64,000 bases of DNA. Source: an uncultured Planctomycetota bacterium (GTDB lineage: Bacteria; Planctomycetota; Planctomycetia; Isosphaerales; Isosphaeraceae). Below the pieces are notes generated by a model. The model was not told the DNA's origin and searched no databases. It saw only the letters and a program-made list of their open reading frames with translations. Made by a program: the position numbers and the translations under genes. Position 1 is the stretch's first letter, and each line of letters opens with the position of its first letter. Below, piece after piece: positions 22,667-34,380 of the stretch. The stretch lies in assembly GCA_963823665.1 (NCBI GenBank), contig CAWGMQ010000010.1:128001-192000 (forward strand), given 5' to 3'.

Positions 22667-23589
22667 GCTAGCTCGTCCTCGTCCGGCTTGTCGTCGGGCA
22701 CATTCGGTCCGTGAAACTGATCGTACAGGCTGCGCAGGTCTTCCGTGCCCACGGCCAGGTCGCGCACCGGAACTCTCGAGAGCCACCCGAGCAGCCCCGG
22801 CAGATCGCCGTGGTGCTCCAGCAGCACCGTTCCGTCGTTTCGCTCCCGCACCGCCAGCTCTAGCTCATCGGGAAAAACAGGCTCCATTCCCGGGTCGAAG
22901 CGTAAGAGCAGCATGCGCAACCCGCGCCTGGCATGCATGTCCTCGACATGCATCAATCGTCCCTTGCGCATAATCGCCACACGGTCCGCCACCTGCTCAA
23001 CTTCCGCCAGCACATGCCCGGAGAAGATCACCGTCTGCCCCTGCGACCGCGCCGCATGCACGAGCGAGATCACGATGCTCCGTGCCGAGGGGTCCAGCGC
23101 CGAAGTCGGCTCGTCCAGGATCAAGACCTGCACTGGATCGCTGAAGACCTGCGCAAGCGCCAGCTTCTGCTTCATCCCGGTCGAATATGTCCTCACCTTC
23201 CTGCCCAGGTCGAGCTTCATGATTCGCTCGGCGATCGCCACGGCACGATCGAGCCCGATTCCGTCACGCAGGTCCGAAAGCATCTTGAGCGTGGCGTAGC
23301 CAGTCATCGACCCGTACATCCGAAGCTCGCCCGAGAGATACGAAACCAGCCGTCGCACATCGAGACTTTCTCGCCAGCAGTCAAATTTGCCCACATTCGC
23401 CGAACCCGACGTCGGCTTGAGCAAACCCAGCAAGATCCGAATCGTCGTCGTCTTTCCAGAACCGTTCGGACCAAGTAATCCATATACCTCCCCGGCTCGC
23501 ACCTCCAAACTCAACGCCTTGAGCGCATTCACCCGCCCGTAAAACTTCGTTAACCCCTTCGTCTGAATGAACGCGTCGTCTTTCTCCAC
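22663..23589 (-). CDS. ABC transporter ATP-binding protein
   Basis: GPNGSGKT, YSTGMKQK and LILDEPT motifs. Confidence 0.93.
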   Translation of the reverse strand: MEKDDAFIQTKGLTKFYGRVNALKALSLEVRAGEVYGLLGPNGSGKTTTIRILLGLLKPTSGSANVGKFDCWRESLDVRRLVSYLSGELRMYGSMTGYATLKMLSDLRDGIGLDRAVAIAERIMKLDLGRKVRTYSTGMKQKLALAQVFSDPVQVLILDEPTSALDPSARSIVISLVHAARSQGQTVIFSGHVLAEVEQVADRVAIMRKGRLMHVEDMHARRGLRMLLLRFDPGMEPVFPDELELAVRERNDGTVLLEHHGDLPGLLGWLSRVPVRDLAVGTEDLRSLYDQFHGPNVPDDKPDEDELA

Positions 23590-23958
23590 CTTACAATCCC
23601 TTATCGATTTCCGACATTTGTTCGCTTACTATTTCTGGTCGGCCGTTTCGCGCATCCAAGCGATGGCCATCGTCCAGACTTCGCCAAACGCCAGTCGCAG
23701 GTGATTAATCTTCCAGTTGTTACACGGATCGCCCCGTATGTCCGCCGAGCAGTAACCAGCTCTGAAATGGGAATAACTTCGCGGTCCCACGAGAACTAGA
23801 TGGTCTTTTATGGCGATTCGTCCGATACACTGAGTGCAAGCGAACGAGGATCGAGTATCAGCATTGCGAATGCGCTGGTCAATGGTCGTCTGTGGAAGTT
23901 GAAGACCGAGAAATCGTCCACCGTGTGCCGCAAGCAGTTTTTCGAGGAGAGAACCCGA

Positions 23959-24180
23959 ATGAGTTTGTCGCTGGGGCATCGGCAGCCGAATCGTCCGCGC
24001 GCCTTCCTCCGACTGTGGCGCGGGGCCGCGACGGATTCGTCTCCGATCGTGTGGCGCATCAACGGCTATCGAGCCACGCTGCTGGTCTGGACTCCGGAAG
24101 AGTGGGCCGAGCTGGATGTCCCGCCCGCTGATGCCCAGTATCATCCGAGCGGAATCTGGTGTGCGCTGAGAGTCGAGTGA
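23959..24180 (+). CDS. Small hypothetical protein (73 aa)
   Basis: GAGGAG RBS before the ATG at 23959 and protein-like composition. Confidence 0.55.
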   Translation: MSLSLGHRQPNRPRAFLRLWRGAATDSSPIVWRINGYRATLLVWTPEEWAELDVPPADAQYHPSGIWCALRVE

Positions 24181-24275
24181 GCGGAAGCGCTGGGTTCAGA
24201 GGAACGACGCTCGTGTCTCGAATCCCTTCATCCGCGGATCACCAGGGAAGCCCGATGCCGGACTGCCGGTCGAGG

Positions 24276-25013
24276 TCATTGGGTTCCCGGCGCTCGCGCC
24301 GCCGGTTTCGCCTCCGGCTTTGCAGCCACCGGTTTGACAGGCCGCGGATAAAGGGCAACCAGAACCTCGGTTCCCACCTCCGGTACATGCGCCGGATTGG
24401 CCATGAACGTGCGCTCGGTGTCATTCGCCGAGCTTTCGATCGGCAGGTCCAGAATCGCATTCGAAAAATTCGCAACCGTGATCAGATCGCCATCGTCTGC
24501 CGCATATCGCTTCTTCTTGCTGAACGGATCGTCATAGAAAAAGCTTCCGGCGAAAACCCAATCCCGCGAAAGCGGTTTGCCGTTGTCGCCCTTCACCCAC
24601 TCCCTCGCGTCTTGAGTCCGCAGCTTGCCGTCCTGCAACCAGCGGACTTCGATTGCGACCGCACTCCCGGTCGGGGGCTCGAATTTGGGCACGAATTGCA
24701 CCGGCTTTCCCGCATCGGCGCCCGTCAGAATGAGGCCGGTGTGGATCTCAAGCGGAACTGCATCCGTCGACAGGATCGCCTCGTGTTCCTTCGTTCCCTT
24801 CAAGCACATCAGGTGCTCGAGATTCCCGTCCCGCAACACAACCCGTGCCTTCAGGTACAGTCGCTTTTCCTTGGGGTCGAACCAGAGGCTTCGCCCCAGC
24901 TTCTTCCACGACGGGTCGGGTGCAGGCGCAGCCGCGACCGTCTTGGCGGTCGCCTTCGGCGGCGCCTCATCTTGATATCCGACCAGAACGGCCAGAACGA
25001 GAGCGACGTGCAT
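24276..25013 (-). CDS. YdjY domain protein
   Basis: LEHLMC..GTKEHEAIL, WVFAGS and LITVANF motifs. Signal-peptide-like N-terminus. Confidence 0.7.
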   Translation of the reverse strand: MHVALVLAVLVGYQDEAPPKATAKTVAAAPAPDPSWKKLGRSLWFDPKEKRLYLKARVVLRDGNLEHLMCLKGTKEHEAILSTDAVPLEIHTGLILTGADAGKPVQFVPKFEPPTGSAVAIEVRWLQDGKLRTQDAREWVKGDNGKPLSRDWVFAGSFFYDDPFSKKKRYAADDGDLITVANFSNAILDLPIESSANDTERTFMANPAHVPEVGTEVLVALYPRPVKPVAAKPEAKPAARAPGTQ

Positions 25014-25157
25014 GGTTCACCCGCATGGTCTGAGTTGACATTCACGATCCCGTCTCAACATCAGCATCGCCAAAACTCCCCACGGCATCAAGCCGCCAGC
25101 GATCCCCACGCCGTCCTGCAGCCCTTGCTCGTCACTCCGGTCATTCGCTTTTCGGCC

Positions 25158-25198
25158 AAAAAAGAAGAGGCCGCCGGAACCAGGATTCCGACGGCCTC
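25158..25198 (-). terminator. Rho-independent terminator after the secretin gene
   Basis: GAGGCCG...CGGCCTC stem followed by a U-tract on the minus strand. Confidence 0.65.
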
Positions 25199-25254
25199 AC
25201 GCCTGTTTTTAACCGAGCTCGTTCAGCCGAGCTGCCTTTGAACCCTTGGCCGGT

Positions 25255-28200
25255 TCAGAAGGCGACCGACGGAATTCCGAGCTTTTCTTCTTCTTCCTCG
25301 AGGATCACAATTCGCGGCGTGACCATCAACATGACGCTGCTCGTCACACGATTGATGCCCACGTTGCGGAAGAGACGGTCGAGCACCGGGATCTTGGAAA
25401 CGACCGGCACGCCAAACTCGTTCCTCGCCTCGTTCAACTGCTTCACACCGCCCAGGAGCACGGTGCCACCGTCGGGAACGGTGACGGTCGTCGTGATCGT
25501 CGTCGTGGTTGTGTTGGGGAGCTGAATCGTGGTCTGGATCGTCGTGGCACCGCCGCCTAAACCGCTACCGCCGACCGCACCGCCGGGGAACGTGAAGGTC
25601 TGGAGGCTGTTGAGGGCGTTGAAGAATGGCGTCAAGGTCATTCGCACATACCGGCGGTCAGCCGACACGACCGGGGTGACGTTCATGGTCACACCGCTCG
25701 GGATCAAGCCGACCGTCGGCGAGTACGCCACCGCACCTGGGCCGACAATCGGCGTCAGCGACGCGATGTAGTACTGCACGATGTTGTTGAAGATCGTCGC
25801 ATTAGCACCGTTGAACGTTGTGACCTTGGGTGCCTGGAGCACGTTCGCTCGCTGGTCGCCTTGAGCCGCCGTGAGGAACAGATAGACTTCCAGGTCGCTC
25901 AGGAAGGCGATGCCAAATGTACCGCCCGCCCCTTGCTGGAAACTCGAAGGCTGAGCGAGGCTGGCCGTCGGCCCCGTGTACGGCAGGTCGAGGTTCGGCG
26001 AGAAGTTCGCCAGGCCGCCACCCTGCGTACCCACGATGATCGGTTGGTTATTCCCCAGAGCGTGGTCGCGAATCGGGTTCACCAGATAAACCGGCTGTTC
26101 CGTCACACCACCGCCCCCTCCACCCGTCGTGCCGCCGGTGCCGCCGGCCGTGCCGCCGGCCGTGCTGCCGCCGGTTCCGCCGCCGCCGGTCGTGCCGCCG
26201 CCGGTTGTGCCGCCGCCGGTCGTGCCGCCGCCGGTTGTGCCGCCGCCGGTTCCTCCGCCGCCGGTCGCCGTGCCGCCGCCACCGGTCGCCGTGCCCGTCG
26301 CCGAGCCGGTGATCGTTCCGGTCGTGAGCCCCGGAATCGGGAACAGCGACGTGGTCGGGTTCGGAACCGCGAAGGTACTGTGCTTACCGACCGTGTCCGA
26401 CTGGATCTGGAAGTCGAAGTCCACACCGATGAACTCGAAGAACGTGTCCTGAACTGTGATGAATCGCACTTCAACCGAGACCTGAAGGTCCTGCAGCCGG
26501 CGAAGCTGACGCAGCAGGTCGGCGACTTGCTCGTGCACCTCGGCAGTGTGCTTGATGATCAAGCTGATGCTGAGGAAGAACGGCACGATCGCTCCCGGCT
26601 GCCGCTGGGTGTCGATGCCACCCGCGTCGCCGCCAAACCCGCCGCCCATGCCGTATGCCGGCGGCACCGCGTGCCCGTAGCCGTCCTGGATGTTCCAGGT
26701 GCCCGGCGCGATCGACGTCGTGATCAACTGGATGATCGGCATCAGGTCGACCATCGGCCGTTCGCCCTTGGCCACACCCTGGCCGGGTGCAACACGGCTG
26801 AATCGAGGGTCGCCGACCGCGAAGGCGCCTTGTGTCTGAATGCCGTTCGCGTCCATCTGCGCTTGTTCCTCGAGCGGGCTGGGTTGCAACACCGTGTGCG
26901 GCAGTCTGGCGTCGCCACCGCGATCCGGCGGAATCACCAGGTCGCCGACATAGTACGTCTTGGGAAACGTCTGCGAGCTGTCCATCTGCGGACTGGTAAT
27001 CAGCACGACCTCTTCCTCAAGCCGGTACGTCAGTCCCAGTGGCTTGAGCAAGAGCTTGAGCACGCTCTTGAGCGGCACCTGGTTCACCTGCAGGCTCACC
27101 GGCGAGCTCGAGGTCAGCCCTTCCTCGCCCAGTGCCTTCGGGTCCAGAACGATGTTCAGCCCCGTGTAGTTCTGCAGGAACGTGATCGCCTCGGAAAGCG
27201 GCTGCTTGTCCATGTTGATCGACACCCTGTCCTTCAGCTTGGCCTCGATCGCCAGCACGTGCGGGTCCTTCTTGGGCTCCAGCCGCGCGTTCATTTCCAG
27301 CCGGTCGCGCGTCAGGTCCTTGAAGTTCTTCGCATACGTGATCCCGCGAAGCTGGAGTTCCGGGTCCATGATCGACGCGTTGTCGACTGCCTGGAACGCC
27401 GTCACGATTCCGTTTTCCTTGTCGGCGTTGTTCTGCTTATCCGTCTTGAATCGCCGCTCCATCTTTGACTTGTAGACCAGAATGGTCGCGGCCAGCTCAT
27501 TGGGATCGATCTCCTGCGCCCGCTTGGCAAGGGCCTCGGCCTCGACGTACTTGCCCTCGGCGTACGCGGCCATGGCCTTGTCCATCAGATCTTTCATCTT
27601 GGCTTTTTTGGCCTTGTCGGCCTCCAGGATGCGTAGCCGCTTCATTTCGATTTCGGTGCGGGTTGCCTTGTCGGCCATCTTCCGCTCGAAGTCGACCTTG
27701 TCCTTCTTGGCAAGCTCGATGGCCACTTCCAGCCGGCGAATCATGGGCCGCGTCAGGTCCTGCGAGAGGCCCGAGGCGTGCACCGCCTGGATCGTCTGCT
27801 CGTAGATGGCAATCGCCTTGTCCGGATCGGTTTCATGCAGCCGGCGGCCTTCACCGATCTTCGTGCCGACCTCCGCATTGAGCTTCTGGGCCGCAAGCGC
27901 CTCCGCGTCCTGAGCGTTGCGGGTGGTCGCTTTGCCGTCGCCCTTGACCTTGTCGTCGGGTTTCTGCTTGTCGTCAGACAGCTTCGCCAGCAGCCCCTCG
28001 ACCTTCTCCCGCAGGCTCTCGTCCAGCGAGTCGCCCGCCGCCGATACCTCCGTGAGCAGCAGCCGCGCTCTGGCCTTGTCGCCGGAACGAATTGCCGACA
28101 GGGCCGTCTCGTACAGGCTAAGCGCACCGCCTTGCTCGGCAAGCTTCGTCTGGGCGATCAGCTCGTCCGCCTGCGCGTCGACGCCGAACTTCCCTTCCTT

Positions 28201-29805
28201 CGCTTGTGTGGCAAGCTGCTTGGCTGCCTCGTAATTTCCGTTCTTGTACAGAGCCTGGGCTTCACTCAGCAGTTGCATCCCGCGGTTCCCCGCCGGAGCG
28301 GCCGCAACCGGCAGCGAGGCAACTGGATCCAGAGCACCCGCAGCGGCAGCCGCCGGTGCCGGCACTGCCGCCTGCTGCGCTCCCGGGTCCGTCGGCGCCG
28401 AAAGCGCCGGGCCAGGCTCAGCAGCCGGAGCACTCACCGAGCTCTGCCGGACCGCCGGGTCCGCCGCCGGTGCCAGCTCGATGCCACCGCCAGCCGCGAC
28501 GGCCGGCGCCGCGCTCGCCTCGGCAGCACTGAGCTCCTCAGCCTCCACAAATTTCTTCGCCGCGGCCACCGGCTCGCCCTTGGCCAGCAGTGCATCGGCT
28601 TCCCGCTCGGCGACCGCGCTTCGGGGAGCATCGGCCGGAAGCGTGTTCACAACCGGCTGGCTCTTCGCCGCACGGGCCATCACGATCTCGTGCAGCACCG
28701 CCTCGGGGCGATCGGAAGTCACCGGCGGCACGACGTTCATCCGCTCAGCCTTACGCGCCTTCGCTTCCGCCTCGTCCAGCTTGCCCACCTTGATGAGCTG
28801 ACGTGATTCCTGCAGCAGCACGTCGTAGACCGCCAGGCTCGACTGGTCTCGCGCCGGCGTGTTCCGGATCTTGTCCCGCCGCCTCAGGGCGCGGGCCGCC
28901 GCCGCAACCTTGTCCGGGTTATCCTCGAATATCCCGTATGAGAGCCCCCAGCCCTTGACATCCAGCGCGATCGCTTCGGCCTGCTCGAAATGGCGGTCGC
29001 CGATCGCCGCACGTGCCTCGCGAAGCCTCGCCTTCGCCGCACGCCGGTCGTGCACCTCGATCGCAGACCCAGCGCGACTGGCAACAGCTTTCGGCCGTGC
29101 TTTCTTGATGTCTTCACCCACGCGGGCGGGCGTATCGTCGAACAGCCCCCACTTGACGTTCAAGGCCTCCGCCTCGTCCGCCTTGTGCTGGGCCTCGTCG
29201 TACTTGCCCTGAATCAGCTTCTCGCGAGCCTCGTGCAGCAGCCACCGTGCTCGGGCCCGCGCGTCCACGCTCGGGCCAATCTGGTCCGGCCCCGCTGCGC
29301 CGCCCGGAATCCCTCCCGTCCGTGTCAACGGCACGTCTTTGGGCGCCGTTGATCGCGGCATCGGTGCGGCCGCCGCCGCCCCGACCGGCGCACCCGGCGA
29401 GGGTGCCACCGGCTCGACAGCCCCCGCAGCCTTTGCCCTCGCCTTCGGCAGCTCATTCAGATAGGCGTCGAGCGCGGACTGCTCGTCCGTCGACAGCATG
29501 TCTCGGTACCGATCGGCGGCTTCCAGATACTTGGAAGCCTGCTCGAGCTTCTTTGCATCGCCGGCAGCCGCCGCTTCGTTGTACAATCGCGACCCGGCTT
29601 CCAGGTACTTGATCGGGGGCGCGGGCGGCGGCTTTCGGGTCGCCGAAGTCGCGTCATCGGCGGCAGCCACCGCAGTGGCACCTCCGCATGCGCCCAGGAT
29701 CAAGATGAGACTGACCGTTCTAAGCCTTCCCAACGCGACCTCCTTTCCGCCGCTCGCGACGACGGCCGTCGACGTCCCTGGCGACGGCCAATTTCTCGTC
29801 ATCAC
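25255..29805 (-). CDS. Large secretin (GspD/PilQ family) with a helical-repeat N-terminus
   Basis: QVSVEVRF, VLQAPKVTTFNG, TVTVPDGGTVLLGG and GVPVVSKIP..RLFRN..MVTPRIV motifs. Confidence 0.9.
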   Translation of the reverse strand: MMTRNWPSPGTSTAVVASGGKEVALGRLRTVSLILILGACGGATAVAAADDATSATRKPPPAPPIKYLEAGSRLYNEAAAAGDAKKLEQASKYLEAADRYRDMLSTDEQSALDAYLNELPKARAKAAGAVEPVAPSPGAPVGAAAAAPMPRSTAPKDVPLTRTGGIPGGAAGPDQIGPSVDARARARWLLHEAREKLIQGKYDEAQHKADEAEALNVKWGLFDDTPARVGEDIKKARPKAVASRAGSAIEVHDRRAAKARLREARAAIGDRHFEQAEAIALDVKGWGLSYGIFEDNPDKVAAAARALRRRDKIRNTPARDQSSLAVYDVLLQESRQLIKVGKLDEAEAKARKAERMNVVPPVTSDRPEAVLHEIVMARAAKSQPVVNTLPADAPRSAVAEREADALLAKGEPVAAAKKFVEAEELSAAEASAAPAVAAGGGIELAPAADPAVRQSSVSAPAAEPGPALSAPTDPGAQQAAVPAPAAAAAGALDPVASLPVAAAPAGNRGMQLLSEAQALYKNGNYEAAKQLATQAKEGKFGVDAQADELIAQTKLAEQGGALSLYETALSAIRSGDKARARLLLTEVSAAGDSLDESLREKVEGLLAKLSDDKQKPDDKVKGDGKATTRNAQDAEALAAQKLNAEVGTKIGEGRRLHETDPDKAIAIYEQTIQAVHASGLSQDLTRPMIRRLEVAIELAKKDKVDFERKMADKATRTEIEMKRLRILEADKAKKAKMKDLMDKAMAAYAEGKYVEAEALAKRAQEIDPNELAATILVYKSKMERRFKTDKQNNADKENGIVTAFQAVDNASIMDPELQLRGITYAKNFKDLTRDRLEMNARLEPKKDPHVLAIEAKLKDRVSINMDKQPLSEAITFLQNYTGLNIVLDPKALGEEGLTSSSPVSLQVNQVPLKSVLKLLLKPLGLTYRLEEEVVLITSPQMDSSQTFPKTYYVGDLVIPPDRGGDARLPHTVLQPSPLEEQAQMDANGIQTQGAFAVGDPRFSRVAPGQGVAKGERPMVDLMPIIQLITTSIAPGTWNIQDGYGHAVPPAYGMGGGFGGDAGGIDTQRQPGAIVPFFLSISLIIKHTAEVHEQVADLLRQLRRLQDLQVSVEVRFITVQDTFFEFIGVDFDFQIQSDTVGKHSTFAVPNPTTSLFPIPGLTTGTITGSATGTATGGGGTATGGGGTGGGTTGGGTTGGGTTGGGTTGGGGTGGSTAGGTAGGTGGTTGGGGGGVTEQPVYLVNPIRDHALGNNQPIIVGTQGGGLANFSPNLDLPYTGPTASLAQPSSFQQGAGGTFGIAFLSDLEVYLFLTAAQGDQRANVLQAPKVTTFNGANATIFNNIVQYYIASLTPIVGPGAVAYSPTVGLIPSGVTMNVTPVVSADRRYVRMTLTPFFNALNSLQTFTFPGGAVGGSGLGGGATTIQTTIQLPNTTTTTITTTVTVPDGGTVLLGGVKQLNEARNEFGVPVVSKIPVLDRLFRNVGINRVTSSVMLMVTPRIVILEEEEEKLGIPSVAF

Positions 29806-30152
29806 AAGTGGGAGACTACTAGCCTATGGGGTTCGTCGTGCCACTCCGCTCGGGCGGATTGGCCGCTTCACCTGATCACCTGAAAGCTGGGCGAATGTGA
29901 CTTGCCGTCGCGATTTGGTGCACTGAGAACGGGTAGAAGATGGGAACGCTGTGTACCGGTAAGGTCCACCGCGGTCAAGGCGAATCCCCTTGCACCAATC
30001 GTTTCGTCCATATCTGATCGGCAAAACACCCTGTCAAACTTTGCCCACTCGTCGTACCGGTTACTTTCGGCATTTCCGGCCTCGATCGTTACAACTCGTA
30101 ATCCCTTCACAACACATTTCTTGAAACAATTCGCCAAAACCCCACCTTCCGG

Positions 30153-30185
30153 AAAAAAAGAACCCTCGCTCGAACGAGGGTTCTT
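30153..30185 (-). terminator. Rho-independent terminator
   Basis: AAGAACCCTCG / CGAGGGTTCTT perfect stem plus A7 on the plus strand. Confidence 0.75.
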
Positions 30186-30224
30186 GATCAGAAAGTCAAA
30201 ATGGGCGAAGTAGAACCCCGCACG

Positions 30225-32253
30225 TCAGCGCATCCCACCTCCCATGCCGCCACCACGCATTCCACCTCCCATGCCGCCGCCCATCATTCCGCCCATACCC
30301 ATACCCGCGCTGCTCTCGCGCCTCTTGCCCGATTCCTTGACTTCATGTTTGTAGTTCGTATCGATATCACGGCGAACCTCGTTCACGACGTCGTCCGCCT
30401 CGGTATGCACCGCCACCGACCCATCAGGCCGCAACAGCAGCGCGATGGCAGGCTTTTCAATCGGCGGCCCGATGAACCCGGCCGGCAAGTGCTGATAACC
30501 CCCCGTTCTCTTGTTCGCAATGAGATCGAGCACGAGCTGCCGGCTATTGAAATCGATCAAGCTGCTCTTGGGCTTCGTTCCGTCCGACGAGGGAATCATC
30601 GCCGAGCCCGGCTCGCCGATCTCCTCGCCTGGACCCGCCGTCACATTCTTGGTAACGGTCACTCCGTCCGTCGGGCGGAAGCGGATGATCTGGAACTTCA
30701 ACTTCATGTCCGAGCTGCGAGCGGGCGCTTCGGTGCTCACGGCGTACGGCATCACATCCGGCGGCATGTGCACTTCGTCTGTCGCATCACACCACGGCCC
30801 GCGCATCGTTTTCGACTTCGTGTCCACCCCGTGGTTCACGTCCTCCCGACTCAGATTCGGGTTGTGAACGACGATGCGTGCGCGATACCGGTAACTGTTG
30901 TCGGCCTTGACCGTGAAGTCAAACGCACGGATCATCACCCTCTTCTCGGTCGTCGTCCAGTAATTCGAAGGCGTCTCGCTCTGACCTCCGCCAAATCCGC
31001 CGATCATCCCGCCGCCAGCACGCCCCCCGCGCCCGCCGCTTGCCATCTGCTGCATCATGGCACCCATCTGATCGCCGTAACCACCGCCGCCTCCGGCTCC
31101 CCCCCGATCCACCGAGCGGGTCATTCCTCCACCCATCATCGCCCCCCCCCCCGTAGCCTCCCGCGCCGGCAGCTTCCGTCTTGATCTGTTTCTTTTCCTT
31201 CGGCACCAAGCTACCGACGTGCACTTTCTCCCAGAGCCCCTGCTTCAAGAACGGCAGCGGGTCGACCAAGGCCTTCGGCCTCACCGTCTCCGGCGTCAAC
31301 TCCTCTTCCTCCTCTTCCGGCAGGTTGTCCAGGATCTTGAGGTTCTCCTTCGATGAAACCGCTTCCCAGCCCGACCAGCTTCCGTCCGGCTGCTTCGTTT
31401 GTCGCTCCAGGTCAACCCGGGCATAGTTCGGATGAGCAACCGCCGGGTTCTTGAGCGCCGTCCGATAGTTCGCCACGAGCTGCGCGTGATCGAACACGCC
31501 CGTGATCGCAACCCAGCGATGGCCCTCGACCTTTTCTTTGAAATTCTCCAACTTCTCGGCAGCCTCTTCCTTCGCCGCTTCCTCCTCCGCGCCTTTACCG
31601 TCGTCGACGATTGCTCCTTGGCGTCTTCGGTTTGCAATATCCTCTTCTCTCTTCCGCTCAGCCGCGATCTCCTGCGGGCTCCTGGCCTTCTTCTTGCGGA
31701 CACCGCCCCCCATCATGCCGCCCCCCATCATTCCGCCCGCAGCTTTGCGCCGGCGTCTTCGCGTCGGCAGGTCTTTGGGCACGTCCTTGCCGTCGTCCGG
31801 CAAGCGGTTCCCCTCGGCATCCAGCACAAACACGAGGAAGCCTCCCCGTCCCGGGTAAGCGTACAGCTCACTCGGCGCGATCAGCACCGGCGTGTCGCGA
31901 ATCAACCCCGCGCCCGGCTCGGGCGAAACATATTCCCGCGCAGGCTTGAAGTCGCTCGCCACCAGCGCCGTCTTCACCTGCGCATCCACGTCCTTGGCGA
32001 ATTGACTGTCCTTGATCTTCATCGCTTCCAGGTTCTGGATGATCTTTGCCGTGTCCTCTTTACGGTTCAAATTGCTCTCGGAAGCCTTCGTCGCCGCCTT
32101 GATCTTGTCCGGGTCGGTGTCGATCGTCTCCTTCTTCGCGGCCAGCCCGATACAGAAGATAAACAACGCCGAGGCCACGGCCACACCCAGCTTCTCGCCG
32201 TGGCGCAGCCCAAAGTCCTGGAGTTTTTCGGCGATCGCGTTTGCGTTGGCCAT
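30225..32253 (-). CDS. Pilus/secretion-cluster membrane-anchored protein (frameshift in a C homopolymer, ~31145)
   Basis: N-terminal TM helix (HGEKLGVAV...) and Gly/Met-rich tracts. The two ORFs join. Confidence 0.7.
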
Positions 32254-32305
32254 GCCCGCATCTCCTCGTCACTGGTCCAGAATTCGGTAAGATTCCAAAA
32301 ATCGA

Positions 32306-34207
32306 TCAAGGCTTGGTTTCCGACCCCTTGCCAGGGGCCGCATCACTCTTCGTGGCAGGCGCGGCCGGCTTCTCCGATCCCGCCGGCTCCCCCTTGGCCG
32401 CATCAGCCGCGGTTCCCTTGGCTTTTTCAGGCGCAGTCGCCTTGGCTGCATCGGGCGCAGTCGTTTTCGTCGTATCAGGTGCGGCTAGCGCGCCCTTCGC
32501 GCTCTCCGCCGCCTTGGAATCCGGTGCACTCGCCTTCGCGGCCGAAGTCGCATCCTTGGAATCAGGTGCAACGTCCGCCGCTGCCGTCTTGCCCGGTGCT
32601 TCCGCTTTCTCGGCGGCTCCGCCCGCCTTCCCTTGAGCTTGCCCGCCCTTCGCCGCTTCGTCCGCCGCAGGGCTCTCCGCACCCGTAGCCGCTTGGCTCG
32701 TGCTTGGCTCAGGAGCCGCCTCGGCCGGCGGAGCATTGAAGAACCGGGCCTGCCCATACACCTTCACCTGCACGAGATCAAAGTACGCGTCCGTGTACAC
32801 CGGCCCCTTGGCCGACTCGATCTGCTTCTGCGTTTGATCGCGCGTGCCCTTGCGATCCTCACGTCGCTTGTCCGTCCCCTTCTTCACTTTTCCCGCCGGC
32901 GCACCCCCGGCCCCCGATCCAGATCCCGCCATGTTCGCCATGCCGCCCATCATTCGTGAGTTCTGCTCCTGCATCATCTGCATCTGCTGCATCTGGCTGG
33001 CCATGCCGCCCATGCCGACCATGCCGCCCATATTCATACCGCCCATGCCGCCCATGCGTCCGCCACCTCCGCCGAACATCCCGAACGATGCCGCCGCGTC
33101 ACCCTTCTCGGGCTTGGCGACCTTCATCAGCGGGCGCGAAAGCTCAAATTCCTTCACCTGGATCGACATCGGCGAGTTCTCCAGCTCGACCAGCAGATCC
33201 TGCACCCGGTCCTGGTCAATCAGCACCGTCACCGCGAACGGGAGAACCTTGTATTTGTCACTCTCCGAGTGCACATAGAAGATGCTCTCCGGCGCTGCCG
33301 CCGAGCTTCCGCCGCCTCCCATACCACCGCCCATACCACCACCGCCCATACCACCGCGGCCGCCCATCATTCCACCGCCTCCTCGGCCGCCCGCCGCCGG
33401 CCCCGCCCCCGCGGTCTCATCCGCTTTCGGCTCCTCGCCCGGCGCGTAAATCCCCTTCGATTCGTCAAGCTTCTCGTTCTTCGCGGCAGATTTCTGGTCC
33501 TGGGAATCAGGGCTGCCGACGTCCAGCCTCAGGATCTGGCGGATGACCGCCTGGTCCCAGCTCTTGGCGTCCTTGTTCACCACCCGGATCACGTCGAGCA
33601 CCGTGTGCTGAATCCACAGCCGTTCCTGCGCGGCCCAGATCTTGCCGAGATCGGGAAGCTTGTCCTCACTGAAGTGTACCGGAAGCAGCAGATCGCCTTC
33701 CGAAGGCGCCGCAACCACGCCTTCGCCGGTCTCGTAGTCAAACGGATCAAACGCCTTGTACACCATGTTCACGTACGCTGGATACGCATAGATGTAGTCG
33801 ACGATCGCCAGCTCGATCGTCTTTGGGCTCACTTTCTCGGGCCACTTCTGACCCCAGGTCTGGAACCGCTCCAGGTTTTCAGGCCATGTCAAGAGCGGCG
33901 CCTGCCGCTCGTAGAGCGTGCGCCACGCCGTGTTCACATCACTCGCCACGACCTTCGTCTTCGATTCGACGATCGGCTTGTATTCCCTGGTTGGAATCTT
34001 TGGATCTTTATATGTTAGTACTTCCTTCTCGGCACCGATGATCGTATCGATCTGTCTCTTCGCCTCCGCCTGCACCGGTCCCGCGCCGACCACATAAGCA
34101 ATCGTCGCAAACAGTGCCGCGATACCCATCGAGATCCAGAACCGATACTTGATGATCTGCCGCAGAACTTCCTTGGCAGTTTCCATTGCGTCGGTTTGAG
34201 AAGCCAT
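32306..34207 (-). CDS. Pilus-cluster membrane-anchored protein (PilO-like position)
   Basis: Single N-terminal TM helix, located downstream of pilM. Confidence 0.65.
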   Translation of the reverse strand: MASQTDAMETAKEVLRQIIKYRFWISMGIAALFATIAYVVGAGPVQAEAKRQIDTIIGAEKEVLTYKDPKIPTREYKPIVESKTKVVASDVNTAWRTLYERQAPLLTWPENLERFQTWGQKWPEKVSPKTIELAIVDYIYAYPAYVNMVYKAFDPFDYETGEGVVAAPSEGDLLLPVHFSEDKLPDLGKIWAAQERLWIQHTVLDVIRVVNKDAKSWDQAVIRQILRLDVGSPDSQDQKSAAKNEKLDESKGIYAPGEEPKADETAGAGPAAGGRGGGGMMGGRGGMGGGGMGGGMGGGGSSAAAPESIFYVHSESDKYKVLPFAVTVLIDQDRVQDLLVELENSPMSIQVKEFELSRPLMKVAKPEKGDAAASFGMFGGGGGRMGGMGGMNMGGMVGMGGMASQMQQMQMMQEQNSRMMGGMANMAGSGSGAGGAPAGKVKKGTDKRREDRKGTRDQTQKQIESAKGPVYTDAYFDLVQVKVYGQARFFNAPPAEAAPEPSTSQAATGAESPAADEAAKGGQAQGKAGGAAEKAEAPGKTAAADVAPDSKDATSAAKASAPDSKAAESAKGALAAPDTTKTTAPDAAKATAPEKAKGTAADAAKGEPAGSEKPAAPATKSDAAPGKGSETKP

Positions 34208-34258
34208 GGTCGAAATGCGCCTTCCGGTCAAATGAGTGATGGTGAACGGATCTGCTGG

Positions 34259-34380
34259 ACTATTTATTTCGCCGCCGGACCGCCGGACTTCGGTGCTGCC
34301 CCCATTGTCGCCTTTCGCTCCGCGAAAGGATTCACTATTTATTTCACCGCCGGACCGCCCGCCTTCGGTGCGGCAGCCCC
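34259..34380. repeat. Palindrome TGTCGCCTTTCGCTCCGCGAAAGG between ~45-bp imperfect direct repeats
   Basis: ACTATTTATTTC.CCGCCGGACCGCC at 34259 and 34334. Confidence 0.85.
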